DNA of 64,000 nt, from contig CAXXVS010000002.1 in NCBI GenBank assembly GCA_963674755.2, positions 1,344,001 to 1,408,000 of the forward strand, given 5' to 3'. Shown here in pieces: positions 1-9,117 of the stretch. The number at the start of each line of letters is the position of its first letter. Positions within the stretch are counted from its first letter, which is position 1. The notes beneath the pieces were generated by a model. That model did not search any database and was not told the DNA's origin. It worked only from the letters and a program-made list of their open reading frames with translations. A program made the position numbers and the translations under genes. Source of the stretch: Desulfobacterales bacterium. GTDB lineage: Bacteria > Desulfobacterota > Desulfobacteria > Desulfobacterales > UBA5852.

Positions 1-74
1 CACTACCCCTCAATGCCGCCGGCAGCGGTATTGTCACGTTTCAATCTGTTTAAGCTTTCAGTGAAAGGTAGTCT

Positions 75-647
75 ATGAAAATTTACACCGGAGGCGGCGA
101 TCGCGGCCGCACCAGCCTGTTCAGCGGCGAGCGCATTGCCAAGGACGATGGACGCGTGGAGGCCTACGGCGACGTGGACGAACTGAATTCCCTGCTGGGT
201 GCGGTGATCGCCGCCCTGCCCGAAGGCTGCAATGAGCTGGACGCTGAACTGAAACAGATCCAAAGCGACCTCTTCCGCATCGGGGCCCGCCTGGCCACGG
301 CGGGGGACGACCCGTCCTTTGCCGCCACCCGATATTTCCCCGGGGATCGGGCCCGGTTCCTGGAAGAGGCCATCGATCGGATGGATGAAACCCTGCCCCG
401 CCTGGGCCAGTTCATTCTTCCCGGGGGCCACCCGGCGGCCTGCTGGAGCCATGTGGCCCGCTGCGTCTGCCGACGCGCGGAGCGCCACGCCGTGGGCGTC
501 CTGCGGGATATGGACGCCGGAGACGACGCCCACGACGGTACTTTGACCTATCTCAATCGTCTGTCCGACTATTTGTTCGTGCTGGCGCGCTATTGCAACC
601 ACGTTGCCCACACGCCCGATGTGCCCTGGGAACAACCCCGGCCATGA
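75..647 (+). CDS. pduO: PduO-type cob(I)alamin adenosyltransferase
   Basis: KIYTGGGDRGRT N-terminus, AYGDVDELNS, RCVCRRAER and YLNRLSDYLFVLARY motifs. Confidence 0.92.
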   Translation: MKIYTGGGDRGRTSLFSGERIAKDDGRVEAYGDVDELNSLLGAVIAALPEGCNELDAELKQIQSDLFRIGARLATAGDDPSFAATRYFPGDRARFLEEAIDRMDETLPRLGQFILPGGHPAACWSHVARCVCRRAERHAVGVLRDMDAGDDAHDGTLTYLNRLSDYLFVLARYCNHVAHTPDVPWEQPRP

Positions 648-1321
648 CGACGGTGTTCGTGCCCGCCAACGCGCCATACACCAGCTGCATCACCCGCCGC
701 CAGTGGCTCACAGGCGACGTATTCACCCTGGGGCTGGCCCGCCCGCCGGCGTTCGCGTTTACCGCCGGCCAGCGGGTGCGGTTCCACTTGCAGGGGCAGG
801 AGCGCGATTACTCGCTGATTCCCGGCCCTCACCCCGATGAACTGGAACTCCTGATCCGTGCGGTGGCCGAAGGCCTCGTGTCTTCCCATCTCAGCCGCTG
901 CCCGCTGGCGACGACGCTTGATTTCAGCGGACCCGGCGGCCATTTCATCTATCGCCCCTCCCCCCGGCAGGCGGTTTTCATTGCCACCGGCACCGGGATT
1001 GCCCCTTTTGCGGCCATGTGCCACCGCGGGGTCCGGGGATTTATCATGCTGCATGGTGTGCGTGCGGCCGGCGACCTCTATTATCGCGAGATCGTCGAAT
1101 CGGCCGCCGTCCAATTTGTCCCCTGTCTGACCGGCCCGCTTGCGCCGCCGTCTCCCGCCAGTGTCTTTGCAGGACGCGTAACCCAGTATCTGCGGACCGA
1201 ACTGCCTCCCGGCGCATATGATTTCTATCTCGCCGGCCGCCGCGAAATGATCGCCGATGCCATGGCCATCGTCGATGAGCGCTTCCCCACCTCCCGCGTC
1301 TATACGGAAATTTTCTTCTGA
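644..1321 (+). CDS. Ferredoxin-NADP reductase-like FAD/NAD(P)-binding oxidoreductase
   Basis: GQ..RDYS, ATGTGIAPF and GRVT motifs, C-terminal EIFF; ATG at 644 overlaps the upstream stop (ATGA). Confidence 0.85.
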   Translation: MTTVFVPANAPYTSCITRRQWLTGDVFTLGLARPPAFAFTAGQRVRFHLQGQERDYSLIPGPHPDELELLIRAVAEGLVSSHLSRCPLATTLDFSGPGGHFIYRPSPRQAVFIATGTGIAPFAAMCHRGVRGFIMLHGVRAAGDLYYREIVESAAVQFVPCLTGPLAPPSPASVFAGRVTQYLRTELPPGAYDFYLAGRREMIADAMAIVDERFPTSRVYTEIFF

Positions 1322-1464
1322 CAGCGCCAGGCCCCACGCCTTGACAAAACCCGGGGTTCCCTATTAAGTGCTCTATTCGATTGAACGCTCCTGTTGGAAC
1401 GGATCAGCCCGTCAAACAGGAAAAAAACGGTTTTGCAAGGAACCCTCACGAAGGAGAAGCGTGC

Positions 1465-2844
1465 ATGAATGCTCGACAAATCATATTGCCCCATGCCGAA
1501 ATGCCGCGCCAATGGTACAATATTTTAGCGGATATCAAGATGAACCCCCCCCTGGGACCGGACGGCAAGCCCGTCTCCCCGGAGGCCCTGGCCCCGGTGT
1601 TCCCCATGAACCTCATCGAGCAGGAAGTCAGTGCCGAGCGCTGGATCGACATTCCGGAACCGGTTCTGGATGTGCTCAGCATCTGGCGGCCCTCCCCCCT
1701 CACCCGGGCCTATGCATTTGAAAAGGCGCTGGGCACCCCCGCCAAGATCTATTACAAAAACGAAGGGGTGAGCCCGCCCGGAAGCCACAAGCCCAACACC
1801 GCCGTTCCCCAGGCTTATTATAATAAGGTTTTTGGTATCGAGCGCCTGACCACCGAAACCGGCGCCGGCCAATGGGGCAGCGCCCTGTCGTTTGCCTGTT
1901 CCCAGTTCGGTCTGGAATGCCGCGTCTACATGGTGCGCATCAGCTTCGACCAGAAACCTTACCGCAAAGCCATGATGGAAACCTGGGGCGGCCGCTGCGT
2001 CCCCAGCCCCAGCAGCGAAACCAAGGCCGGCCGCGACGCCCTGGCCAAGGACCCCGACACCCCCGGCAGCCTGGGGATCGCCATCAGCGAAGCCATCGAG
2101 GTCGCGGTTTCCGACACCAGCGGCAAGACCCGCTACTCTTTGGGCAGCGTGCTGAACCACGTCATGCTGCACCAGACCGTCATCGGTCTGGAGGCCAAGA
2201 AGCAATTCGACCTGATCGGCGACTATCCGGATATCGTCGTCGGGTGTGCCGGCGGCGGCAGCAACTTCGCCGGCCTGGCCTTTCCCTTTGTCTACGACAA
2301 GATCCACGGCCGCGACATCGCCATCTACCCGGTGGAGCCCAAGGCCTGCCCCACCATGACCCGGGCCCCTTTTGTCTATGACTACGGCGACACGGCCGGC
2401 TACACGCCCCTTCTGCCCATGTACAGCCTGGGACACGATTTTGTGCCGCCGCCGATCCATGCCGGCGGCCTGCGCTACCACGGCATGGCCCCCACGGTGA
2501 GCCAACTGGTCACGGAAGGCATCTGCGAACCCAAAGCCGTGACCCAGACGGAAGCCTATCAGGCCGGCGTGCTGTGGGCCCGCACCGAAGGCTACATTCC
2601 AGCCCCGGAAACCACCAACGCCATCGCCCAGGTGGTCAAGGAAGCCCGCCAGGCTAAGGAGGAGGGACGCGCCAAGACCATCGTCATGACCTGGAGCGGA
2701 CACGGTCTGCTGGATCTGGGGGCCTATGACCGCTATTTTTCCGGCGAACTGAACGACATCGCCATGTCGGACGAGGATCTGCGCCAATCCCAGGCGGTGT
2801 TCGCCGACTATCCGAAGCCGCAGTCGTTGAAGAGCATCCCTTGA
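1465..2844 (+). CDS. trpB2: TrpB2 (tryptophan synthase beta-like PLP enzyme)
   Basis: [11 protein letters not shown] lysine, [15 protein letters not shown] and [19 protein letters not shown] before ATG 1465; no adjacent trpA. Confidence 0.93.
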   Translation: MNARQIILPHAEMPRQWYNILADIKMNPPLGPDGKPVSPEALAPVFPMNLIEQEVSAERWIDIPEPVLDVLSIWRPSPLTRAYAFEKALGTPAKIYYKNEGVSPPGSHKPNTAVPQAYYNKVFGIERLTTETGAGQWGSALSFACSQFGLECRVYMVRISFDQKPYRKAMMETWGGRCVPSPSSETKAGRDALAKDPDTPGSLGIAISEAIEVAVSDTSGKTRYSLGSVLNHVMLHQTVIGLEAKKQFDLIGDYPDIVVGCAGGGSNFAGLAFPFVYDKIHGRDIAIYPVEPKACPTMTRAPFVYDYGDTAGYTPLLPMYSLGHDFVPPPIHAGGLRYHGMAPTVSQLVTEGICEPKAVTQTEAYQAGVLWARTEGYIPAPETTNAIAQVVKEARQAKEEGRAKTIVMTWSGHGLLDLGAYDRYFSGELNDIAMSDEDLRQSQAVFADYPKPQSLKSIP

Positions 2845-2937
2845 ATCAATCATAACGGCATCCGGTGGTGGGAGGACCTGCACGCCCCTGCCGGATGCCA
2901 CCCTGCAGACGCTTCGGAGCGACAGGCCAAAAGACTT

Positions 2938-3216
2938 ATGGACACGATCCCAAAAGAAAGACAAATCCGCTGCCCGCGCCTGGGCGGCCCGGTTCCGTTC
3001 GCCTATTGCGACACAACGGGCGAAAACGGAAAGCCCTGCTTCAAGATCGCGGATTGCTGGTGGACGTACTTCGATGTGATGGGCTATCTCAACAAACGCT
3101 TGAGCGCCGAGGAACGCAATGATCTTCTGGGGCGCCGCCCCCCGCCCAAACTGAACAGCATCCTCGACATAATCCAGCAGGCCCGCCAAAATGCCCTGTC
3201 GGACGAAAAGGAATAA
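2938..3216 (+). CDS. Small Cys-containing hypothetical protein
   Basis: CPRLGG..C..C..CW pattern; fills the gap after trpB2 on the same strand. Confidence 0.7.
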   Translation: MDTIPKERQIRCPRLGGPVPFAYCDTTGENGKPCFKIADCWWTYFDVMGYLNKRLSAEERNDLLGRRPPPKLNSILDIIQQARQNALSDEKE

Positions 3217-3585
3217 TTCTGCCGTCGTTGGACCAACGGCCTGTGCAGATTCCCTGGGCCATGTGCCGGACATCCTCCCCTCTGGGGACGGCCGGATAAG
3301 TCCGCTCCGTGTCAACGCTTCTGCGATAGTCCCAATGCGTAAGGATTGAACGCCCCTTTCCGGACACACGCCTGAAACGATCATACGCGACCATGTCGGA
3401 AGGACCTGTAGCCTGTTTTGGATTTCATCGAGTGCTGTGCTAAAGAGGGGATGATTCCGAAGGGGATGCCCGTCGCGCTAAAACCATCACCTGAGCATCA
3501 GGGTGAGAAAGCATGCGTGATCGCTTGGGAATGCTTCAATTTAAGGCATCTTTGAGATGCTGTCAAAAAGCGGGGAGAGCACTTC

Positions 3586-4068
3586 ATGACCGATCGCATA
3601 GCGGAGATCCGCGCCGCGCTGGCCGCCGCAGCGGAAGACACCCAGGGGTTCTACGCAACGCTTACCTCCGATCAGCTCCAATGTGTGGTTTACACGGAAG
3701 AAGTCCACTGGACCGCACGCCAGGTCCTGGCCCATCTGGTCACCATCGAGAAGTCCATGCACGCCCTTTTCCGGAATATCCTGTCGGGCGGACCGGGATC
3801 GTCCGCCGATTTCGACGTGCTGCGGTTCAACCGCAGCCAGCCCCAGAAGCTCGATCACCTTGCCATGCCCGAACTCCTCGACCGCTTCAAGGCGGTCCGC
3901 CAGGAGACCATGGCCATTGTGGCGGCCATGTCCGAAGAGGACCTCGACCGGGAGGGCCGGCACGTCTTCCTGGGCCATGACCGGCTGGAGCGCTTTATCC
4001 GCTGGGCCTACGAGCACGCCCGGCTGCACGAGGACGATGTGCGCCGAGCGCTCGCCCGGACCGTTTGA
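3586..4068 (+). CDS. DinB/YfiT-like four-helix protein
   Basis: WTARQVLAHL ... HARLH metal-ligand pattern; GGAG RBS. Confidence 0.8.
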   Translation: MTDRIAEIRAALAAAAEDTQGFYATLTSDQLQCVVYTEEVHWTARQVLAHLVTIEKSMHALFRNILSGGPGSSADFDVLRFNRSQPQKLDHLAMPELLDRFKAVRQETMAIVAAMSEEDLDREGRHVFLGHDRLERFIRWAYEHARLHEDDVRRALARTV

Positions 4069-4135
4069 CGCGCCCGGAGACGCTTGACGTCCCTTTTTTC
4101 ACACGCGCTGCACAGTCTCTGCTAAGGCCGGGATG

Positions 4136-5425
4136 TCAGCCCAAATAAAACCTCAGGATGAGGAAATAGAGGCAGCCGCCTCCCAAAAGCGCGGCCAGGG
4201 GCACCCGCATGTGGCGGTAGACGGGCAGCAGCGGGGTCTCGAAATAGGCGTTAGAGAGCAACAGGCAGAGGTGCAGGGGCGACAACAGGACGCCCGTAAA
4301 ACCGCTCACCAGGGCCAGCGCCAGATAAGGCAGCATCAGATGCCCCTGCCCCAAGGTGTGGATCAGGGAAATCAGGATGGGGAAAGTGGTCCCCACGAAA
4401 GCGATGGTAATGCCCCCCACGAGGCCCACGATAAACGGCAGTATTACGACCACGGCCATCAGCGGTATATTCCAGTGCAGAATCTCCCGGCTGAGCTGGC
4501 TCACCGCGCCGCTGTCTTCCAGGATCCCCTTGAACACCAGAATCCCCGTAACCATGTAGATCATCTTGAAAAGGGCGGGTTGCACCACGATGGCCCAGCG
4601 GGATTTGGCCGGCATGCGATTCAGGTGCCACACCCACCCGACGCCCACCAGCAGGGCCGCAATCAAGCCGGCCTCTTTGGCCAGCGCGCGGGATTCCGGG
4701 GGCAGGAGGTCGAAGAGCAATTCTCCCAGGCCCAGTCCGCCTACGATCACGATCAGGACCGGCGTCAACTCCTTTAGAAAGGGTCCCACGGCCCGTGGCG
4801 GGCCGTCCTCCACAGCCATAACCGTGCCCCGTAGCGGCCAGTAGCCAACGGCAATGGCAATCAGGGTCAAGGGCAGCGTATAGAAGACCAGGTGCCAAAG
4901 ATCGATCTCCGCCAGTGCAGTTGTCAGCAGAATACCTGGATAAAGGGGCCACCAGTATTCCCATATATGGCGGTACCAGTAGTTGATGTAGCTCAAGGTG
5001 GCGCCTGTCAAATCATGGGATTGGCCGATTGCTTTCACCATCGGCGCTGAGAAAATCGCTCCCCCCGGCATGGGAAGCAGGCCGATCAGGGCCGGAAACA
5101 CCGCCAGATTCAACTTGGGCCAGCGCACCAGTCCCTGGTAGGCCGCCAACAGGCGTTCCATCTGCCCGGATTTCTCCAAACTGTGGCTCAGCACCAGGAT
5201 CAGGCTGATCACAACAGTCAGGCTAATGGTTTTGGTCAGCAGCACGGATTTCAGAAAGGACTGCAGAATGCGCAAGGGGTCCATGCCGAAGACCAGCCCC
5301 AGGCTCACGGCTCCCAGCATGAAGGCATGCCCCAGAGCCCATTTGCGCTTTATGACGAATAAAATCAGGATGAATGCCAGCAGGATGCGAAGCGTTGCCG
5401 GAAGGTTCGTGATCAGCGGGGGCAT
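4136..5425 (-). CDS. DUF401-like multi-pass membrane protein
   Basis: About 11 hydrophobic segments; GLLPMPGGAIFSAP, NYWYRHIWEYWWPLYPG, SPLHLC. Confidence 0.8.
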   Translation of the reverse strand: MPPLITNLPATLRILLAFILILFVIKRKWALGHAFMLGAVSLGLVFGMDPLRILQSFLKSVLLTKTISLTVVISLILVLSHSLEKSGQMERLLAAYQGLVRWPKLNLAVFPALIGLLPMPGGAIFSAPMVKAIGQSHDLTGATLSYINYWYRHIWEYWWPLYPGILLTTALAEIDLWHLVFYTLPLTLIAIAVGYWPLRGTVMAVEDGPPRAVGPFLKELTPVLIVIVGGLGLGELLFDLLPPESRALAKEAGLIAALLVGVGWVWHLNRMPAKSRWAIVVQPALFKMIYMVTGILVFKGILEDSGAVSQLSREILHWNIPLMAVVVILPFIVGLVGGITIAFVGTTFPILISLIHTLGQGHLMLPYLALALVSGFTGVLLSPLHLCLLLSNAYFETPLLPVYRHMRVPLAALLGGGCLYFLILRFYLG

Positions 5426-5563
5426 GGGGTGATGGACATCCTTTTGGGGAGAAGGTTGCAACGGTTATTGGCATTAGCGATAGCGGTCGCGCCGGCCTAT
5501 TCTTTCCGCAGCATGCACCGCAGGACGCAGTGCATGGCGTTTAGGATGACGGCCACAGGGGTG

Positions 5564-5860
5564 TCAGCCATCGGTCAGCATTTCCTGGACCAATAGAGTC
5601 CATTCTTCCGTCAACGGAATGGCAGGACGCGGTCGGCCGGCGCGGCGGTACCAGTAATCGGCATTCCAGAGCACGCCTTCTTCGCGGTGCAGATAGGCAT
5701 GCACGGCGCTGCCCTGGACCGTGGGGATGGTCTGGGCGATGGCGTGGGCCCGGTCCCAGTCCCCCTTGCGATCCCACCACAGGGCGACCAGGGTTTGGGA
5801 CAAGCCCGCTTGCGGCAGGTCGTGCGTACCGATATGCGCCACGAAATCATCGAGGGTCAT
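5564..5860 (-). CDS. Hypothetical protein
   Basis: GGAGG RBS; ordered sequence GDWDRAH..HAYLHREEG..NADYWY. Confidence 0.75.
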   Translation of the reverse strand: MTLDDFVAHIGTHDLPQAGLSQTLVALWWDRKGDWDRAHAIAQTIPTVQGSAVHAYLHREEGVLWNADYWYRRAGRPRPAIPLTEEWTLLVQEMLTDG

Positions 5861-5930
5861 GTCAACCTCCGGTGGTATGTGCGTGATAGGGTGAGGAAAG
5901 GCGGTCGGCGGGCCCCCAACCCGGCCGTTT

Positions 5931-6971
5931 TCAAACCGGCGCCAGGAGTTTCTCCAGACGTTTGATGTTCGCTGCGGCGCCCACCACGACCAGGGTATCG
6001 TGGCCCTCCAGCAGGGTCTGGGAGTCCGGGTTGAACACCATCTTGCCGTCTCCCTTTTTAATGGAAATGATGATCACGTTGAATTTAGGACGGATCTCGG
6101 CCTCATAGAGGGTGCGATGGACAACGGGGGAATGGGTCTTGATGGTGATCTCCTCCACCTCCACGTCCATCGAATCATCGGAAAAGGCCATTTCGAGGAA
6201 TTCGATCACCGTTGGGCGCAAAATGGCATGGGCCATGCGCCGGGCGCCGAGGTCGTAGGGCGAGACGACCTTGTTGGCCCCGGCGGCCGTCAGCGTCCGT
6301 TTGGCCGAGTTCATGACGGCCCTGGCCACGATGAAGATCGTGGGGTTCATCTGGCGAGCCAGCAATACCAGAAACACATTGTCGGCATCCGACCCCACCA
6401 CCGTTATCAGCCCCCGGGCCCGTTCGATGCCGGCCCGCATCAGGAGGGATTCATCCGTGGCCGGACCCACGAGATAGAGAATGCCGTCCTCATCCATCAC
6501 CGCGACGCGTGCCGCGTTTTGTTCGATGACGACCACATCCAGATAGCGTTGAATCAGGAAGCGCGCCAGGGCGCGCCCCATCCGGCCGTACCCGCAGATG
6601 ATATAATGATTTTTGAGCTTGTTGATTTGTCGATCCAATTTTCTTCTCCCCAGGACGTGCCGAATGCGGCCTTCCACCAGAAACGGGATGAAGTTGCCCA
6701 CCACGTAAAGGAAATAGCCGACCCCCAGAAAGATCAGTACCAGGGTAAACAGGCGTCCGGCCGGGCCGACGGGATGGACTTCCCCATAGCCCACGGTAGC
6801 GACGGTAATGACGGTCATGTAAAGTGCGTCAATGAAGCTCCACCCTTCGATGGCCATGTACCCCCACGAGCCGATGGCCAGCAGCACAAAAAACAGGGCA
6901 ATCGACAAGATGGTCTGTTTCTTTTGGCCCAAGAATCGATCTCTCCCTGGCAGATGGCAGCTGTAAGGCAC
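5931..6971 (-). CDS. Two-TM potassium channel with RCK (TrkA-N/TrkA-C) domains
   Basis: TVGYG selectivity filter, CGYGRMG Rossmann motif, C-terminal TrkA-C; start uncertain. Confidence 0.9.
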   Translation of the reverse strand: MPYSCHLPGRDRFLGQKKQTILSIALFFVLLAIGSWGYMAIEGWSFIDALYMTVITVATVGYGEVHPVGPAGRLFTLVLIFLGVGYFLYVVGNFIPFLVEGRIRHVLGRRKLDRQINKLKNHYIICGYGRMGRALARFLIQRYLDVVVIEQNAARVAVMDEDGILYLVGPATDESLLMRAGIERARGLITVVGSDADNVFLVLLARQMNPTIFIVARAVMNSAKRTLTAAGANKVVSPYDLGARRMAHAILRPTVIEFLEMAFSDDSMDVEVEEITIKTHSPVVHRTLYEAEIRPKFNVIIISIKKGDGKMVFNPDSQTLLEGHDTLVVVGAAANIKRLEKLLAPV

Positions 6972-7182
6972 CGCGGTTCAGAACGCTTCCGGTGCGTGAG
7001 ATAACTTGACGCGTCTCGGAACAGATGTAATTTAACATGCCAGCTCCTAAAAAAACAGTAAAGACCGTTAAAACATCGACCATGGAACAGGGAATCACAA
7101 GCCTCGATCCTGATAGACGCCATAGGGCGGGAGAGGGCTGCCTGCAGCATTGACTTGGACAGGACCACTGGAGGAACAACCG

Positions 7183-7365
7183 ATGCCAACACGGGCAGCA
7201 TTGGAGAAACAGCGCGCCGAACTGGAGGCGGAGATTGCTGAAGCGCGACGGCGTCTGCCGGCCCACTCGGTGCAACCGATGGTCATGCAGATGCTGTTGG
7301 ACCTGGAAGACGCGTATGGCAAAATTCTGCAGGACATTGCAGCACTTAGGCGGAATGGGCCGTGA
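7183..7365 (+). CDS. Small helical hypothetical protein
   Basis: GGAGG RBS before ATG 7183; coiled-coil-like sequence with LPAHSV. Confidence 0.65.
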   Translation: MPTRAALEKQRAELEAEIAEARRRLPAHSVQPMVMQMLLDLEDAYGKILQDIAALRRNGP

Positions 7366-7430
7366 TAACCAATTGTAATGGATGGAAAAACGAACCAGCG
7401 ACAGGTCGTAACCTAAATGGGAGAAAAAAC

Positions 7431-8267
7431 GTGCTGCAAATCGGAAGTTATAATACCCTCATTGTCCAGCGCCGCGTCGATTTCGGACTTTACCTGAACC
7501 CCAAGGAAGAAGAAGTCCTCCTGCCGTCTAAATACGTCCCCCCAAACATCGGCGTCGGCGATGCCCTGCGGGTATTTGTCTACACCGATTCCGAGGACCG
7601 TCCGGTGGCCACGACCCTCACGCCGAAGGCCGTGGTCGGCGAAGTGGCCTGCCTTGCGGTGAAGGACACCTCCCCCATCGGCAGTTTTATGGACTGGGGT
7701 CTCGAAAAAGATCTTCTCGTGCCAAAGGCCGAGCAGGAAACCCGCCTGCGTGCGGGCCAGCGCTCCGTGGTCAAGGTCCTGCTGGACCGGAAGACCAACC
7801 GGGTCTTCGGCAGCACCCGGATCGCCCGTCATTGCCGCAAGGCCCAGGACGGATTCAAAGCCGGGCAGCAGGTCCGTCTGATGATCTACCGGTTCACCAA
7901 GCTCGGCACCTTGGCCGTGGTGGACGATGCCTTCATCGGCCTGATCTATCACTCGGAAACCTATGAACTGCTCAAGATCGGCGAGTGCCGCCCGGGCTAT
8001 ATCCGCGCCCTGCGCCCGGACGGCAAAATCGACCTGACCCTCAAGAAGCCGGGTTCGGCCTCCCTTTCCGGTTCCGCCCGGCGCATCATGGAAGCCCTGC
8101 GTAAATCCGGCGGCGTTATCCCTTTACATGACAAAAGCCGCCCCGAGGACATCACCGCCCTGCTGGCCATGAGCAAAAAAGAATTCAAACGGGCCGTGGG
8201 CGGGCTGTATAAAAAACGGCTCATTGACATCACCGATCAAGGGATCGCCCTTAAAAATCCAACTTGA
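7431..8267 (+). CDS. cvfB: CvfB/YitL-family S1-domain RNA-binding protein
   Basis: FVYTDSEDRPVAT, FMDWGLEKDLLVP, SKKEFKRAVGGLYK; GTG start after GGAGA. Confidence 0.88.
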   Translation: MLQIGSYNTLIVQRRVDFGLYLNPKEEEVLLPSKYVPPNIGVGDALRVFVYTDSEDRPVATTLTPKAVVGEVACLAVKDTSPIGSFMDWGLEKDLLVPKAEQETRLRAGQRSVVKVLLDRKTNRVFGSTRIARHCRKAQDGFKAGQQVRLMIYRFTKLGTLAVVDDAFIGLIYHSETYELLKIGECRPGYIRALRPDGKIDLTLKKPGSASLSGSARRIMEALRKSGGVIPLHDKSRPEDITALLAMSKKEFKRAVGGLYKKRLIDITDQGIALKNPT

Positions 8268-8306
8268 CCAAAACGCTGCTGACCGCCAAGCACCGTGACA
8301 ACCGCA

Positions 8307-8501
8307 TCAAGGCCAGGTGACGCGCAAGTTCCGCAGAATGCGGCTCACCACCATGCCATGCTCGGCCAGGAAGATGGATAACTCCTCCAAGGCGTCTTCA
8401 TCGATGTCGACACCCCCCGCTGCAATGAGATCCGCCAGACGCGCCGCCGCATCCAGGAGACGGTCATAGGCATCGGCATCTTGTTTGGTCATGGGAGACA
8501 T
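8307..8501 (-). CDS. Short YebG-like protein lacking the N-terminal segment
   Basis: KQDADAYDRLLDAAARLA aligns with KKDAEAYDKMLDAAEQLA of the neighbouring gene. Confidence 0.65.
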   Translation of the reverse strand: MSPMTKQDADAYDRLLDAAARLADLIAAGGVDIDEDALEELSIFLAEHGMVVSRILRNLRVTWP

Positions 8502-8665
8502 GGTTCGTCGCTCGTCACCACGCTATACCGGCAGTACCGGATTGTGAATCCTCAGTAAATCGACAACCGCTTCTTTCACTTCGGGCGTCCCACCTTGCGG
8601 GAGACGCAGCAACACCCTCTCGAAGGGTGACAAAAACGCTGCGGGGTGTCCCGGAAGCGTGAAGA

Positions 8666-9013
8666 TTACTTGTTGCGCCGTCGGGCCGCCGGGGATCTGG
8701 TGGGTTTCTTTTCAGAAGACGGAGAGGCGTCGTCCCCACCGGATGCGCCGTCGGTTTCCGATGGGGGGGCAATCGGCTTGATGCCCTTGAGGATCCTAAC
8801 CACTTCGGGGCCGTTTTTAGCGAGCAGAATCGCAACCGCGTCGATGGCCTCATCCGCAATAGACACGTCGAGTGCACTGGATTTGATGAAACCGGCCAGC
8901 TGCTCGGCAGCATCGAGCATTTTATCATAGGCCTCGGCGTCTTTTTTGACCGAAAACACCTGGTCGAGCTCTACGCCGTTGCGAACCACCACGTATCGCG
9001 TAATCACCGCCAT
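8666..9013 (-). CDS. yebG: YebG family protein
   Basis: MAVITRYVVVRNG..F..KKDAEAYDKMLD signature; AAGGAG RBS. Confidence 0.8.
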   Translation of the reverse strand: MAVITRYVVVRNGVELDQVFSVKKDAEAYDKMLDAAEQLAGFIKSSALDVSIADEAIDAVAILLAKNGPEVVRILKGIKPIAPPSETDGASGGDDASPSSEKKPTRSPAARRRNK

Positions 9014-9117
9014 AATCGTCGATCTCCTTGCTGTAATGTAAAAAAGGCTGCATTCACAAACGGGACATCAGTCCCGGCCGGTCCGCATGGCATGTCGCCG
9101 CCAAACGACCGTGATGC

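Noticed and set aside
1341..1370. Sigma70 promoter for trpB2
   Set aside because: Perfect TTGACA but no convincing -10 element at 16-18 bp spacing
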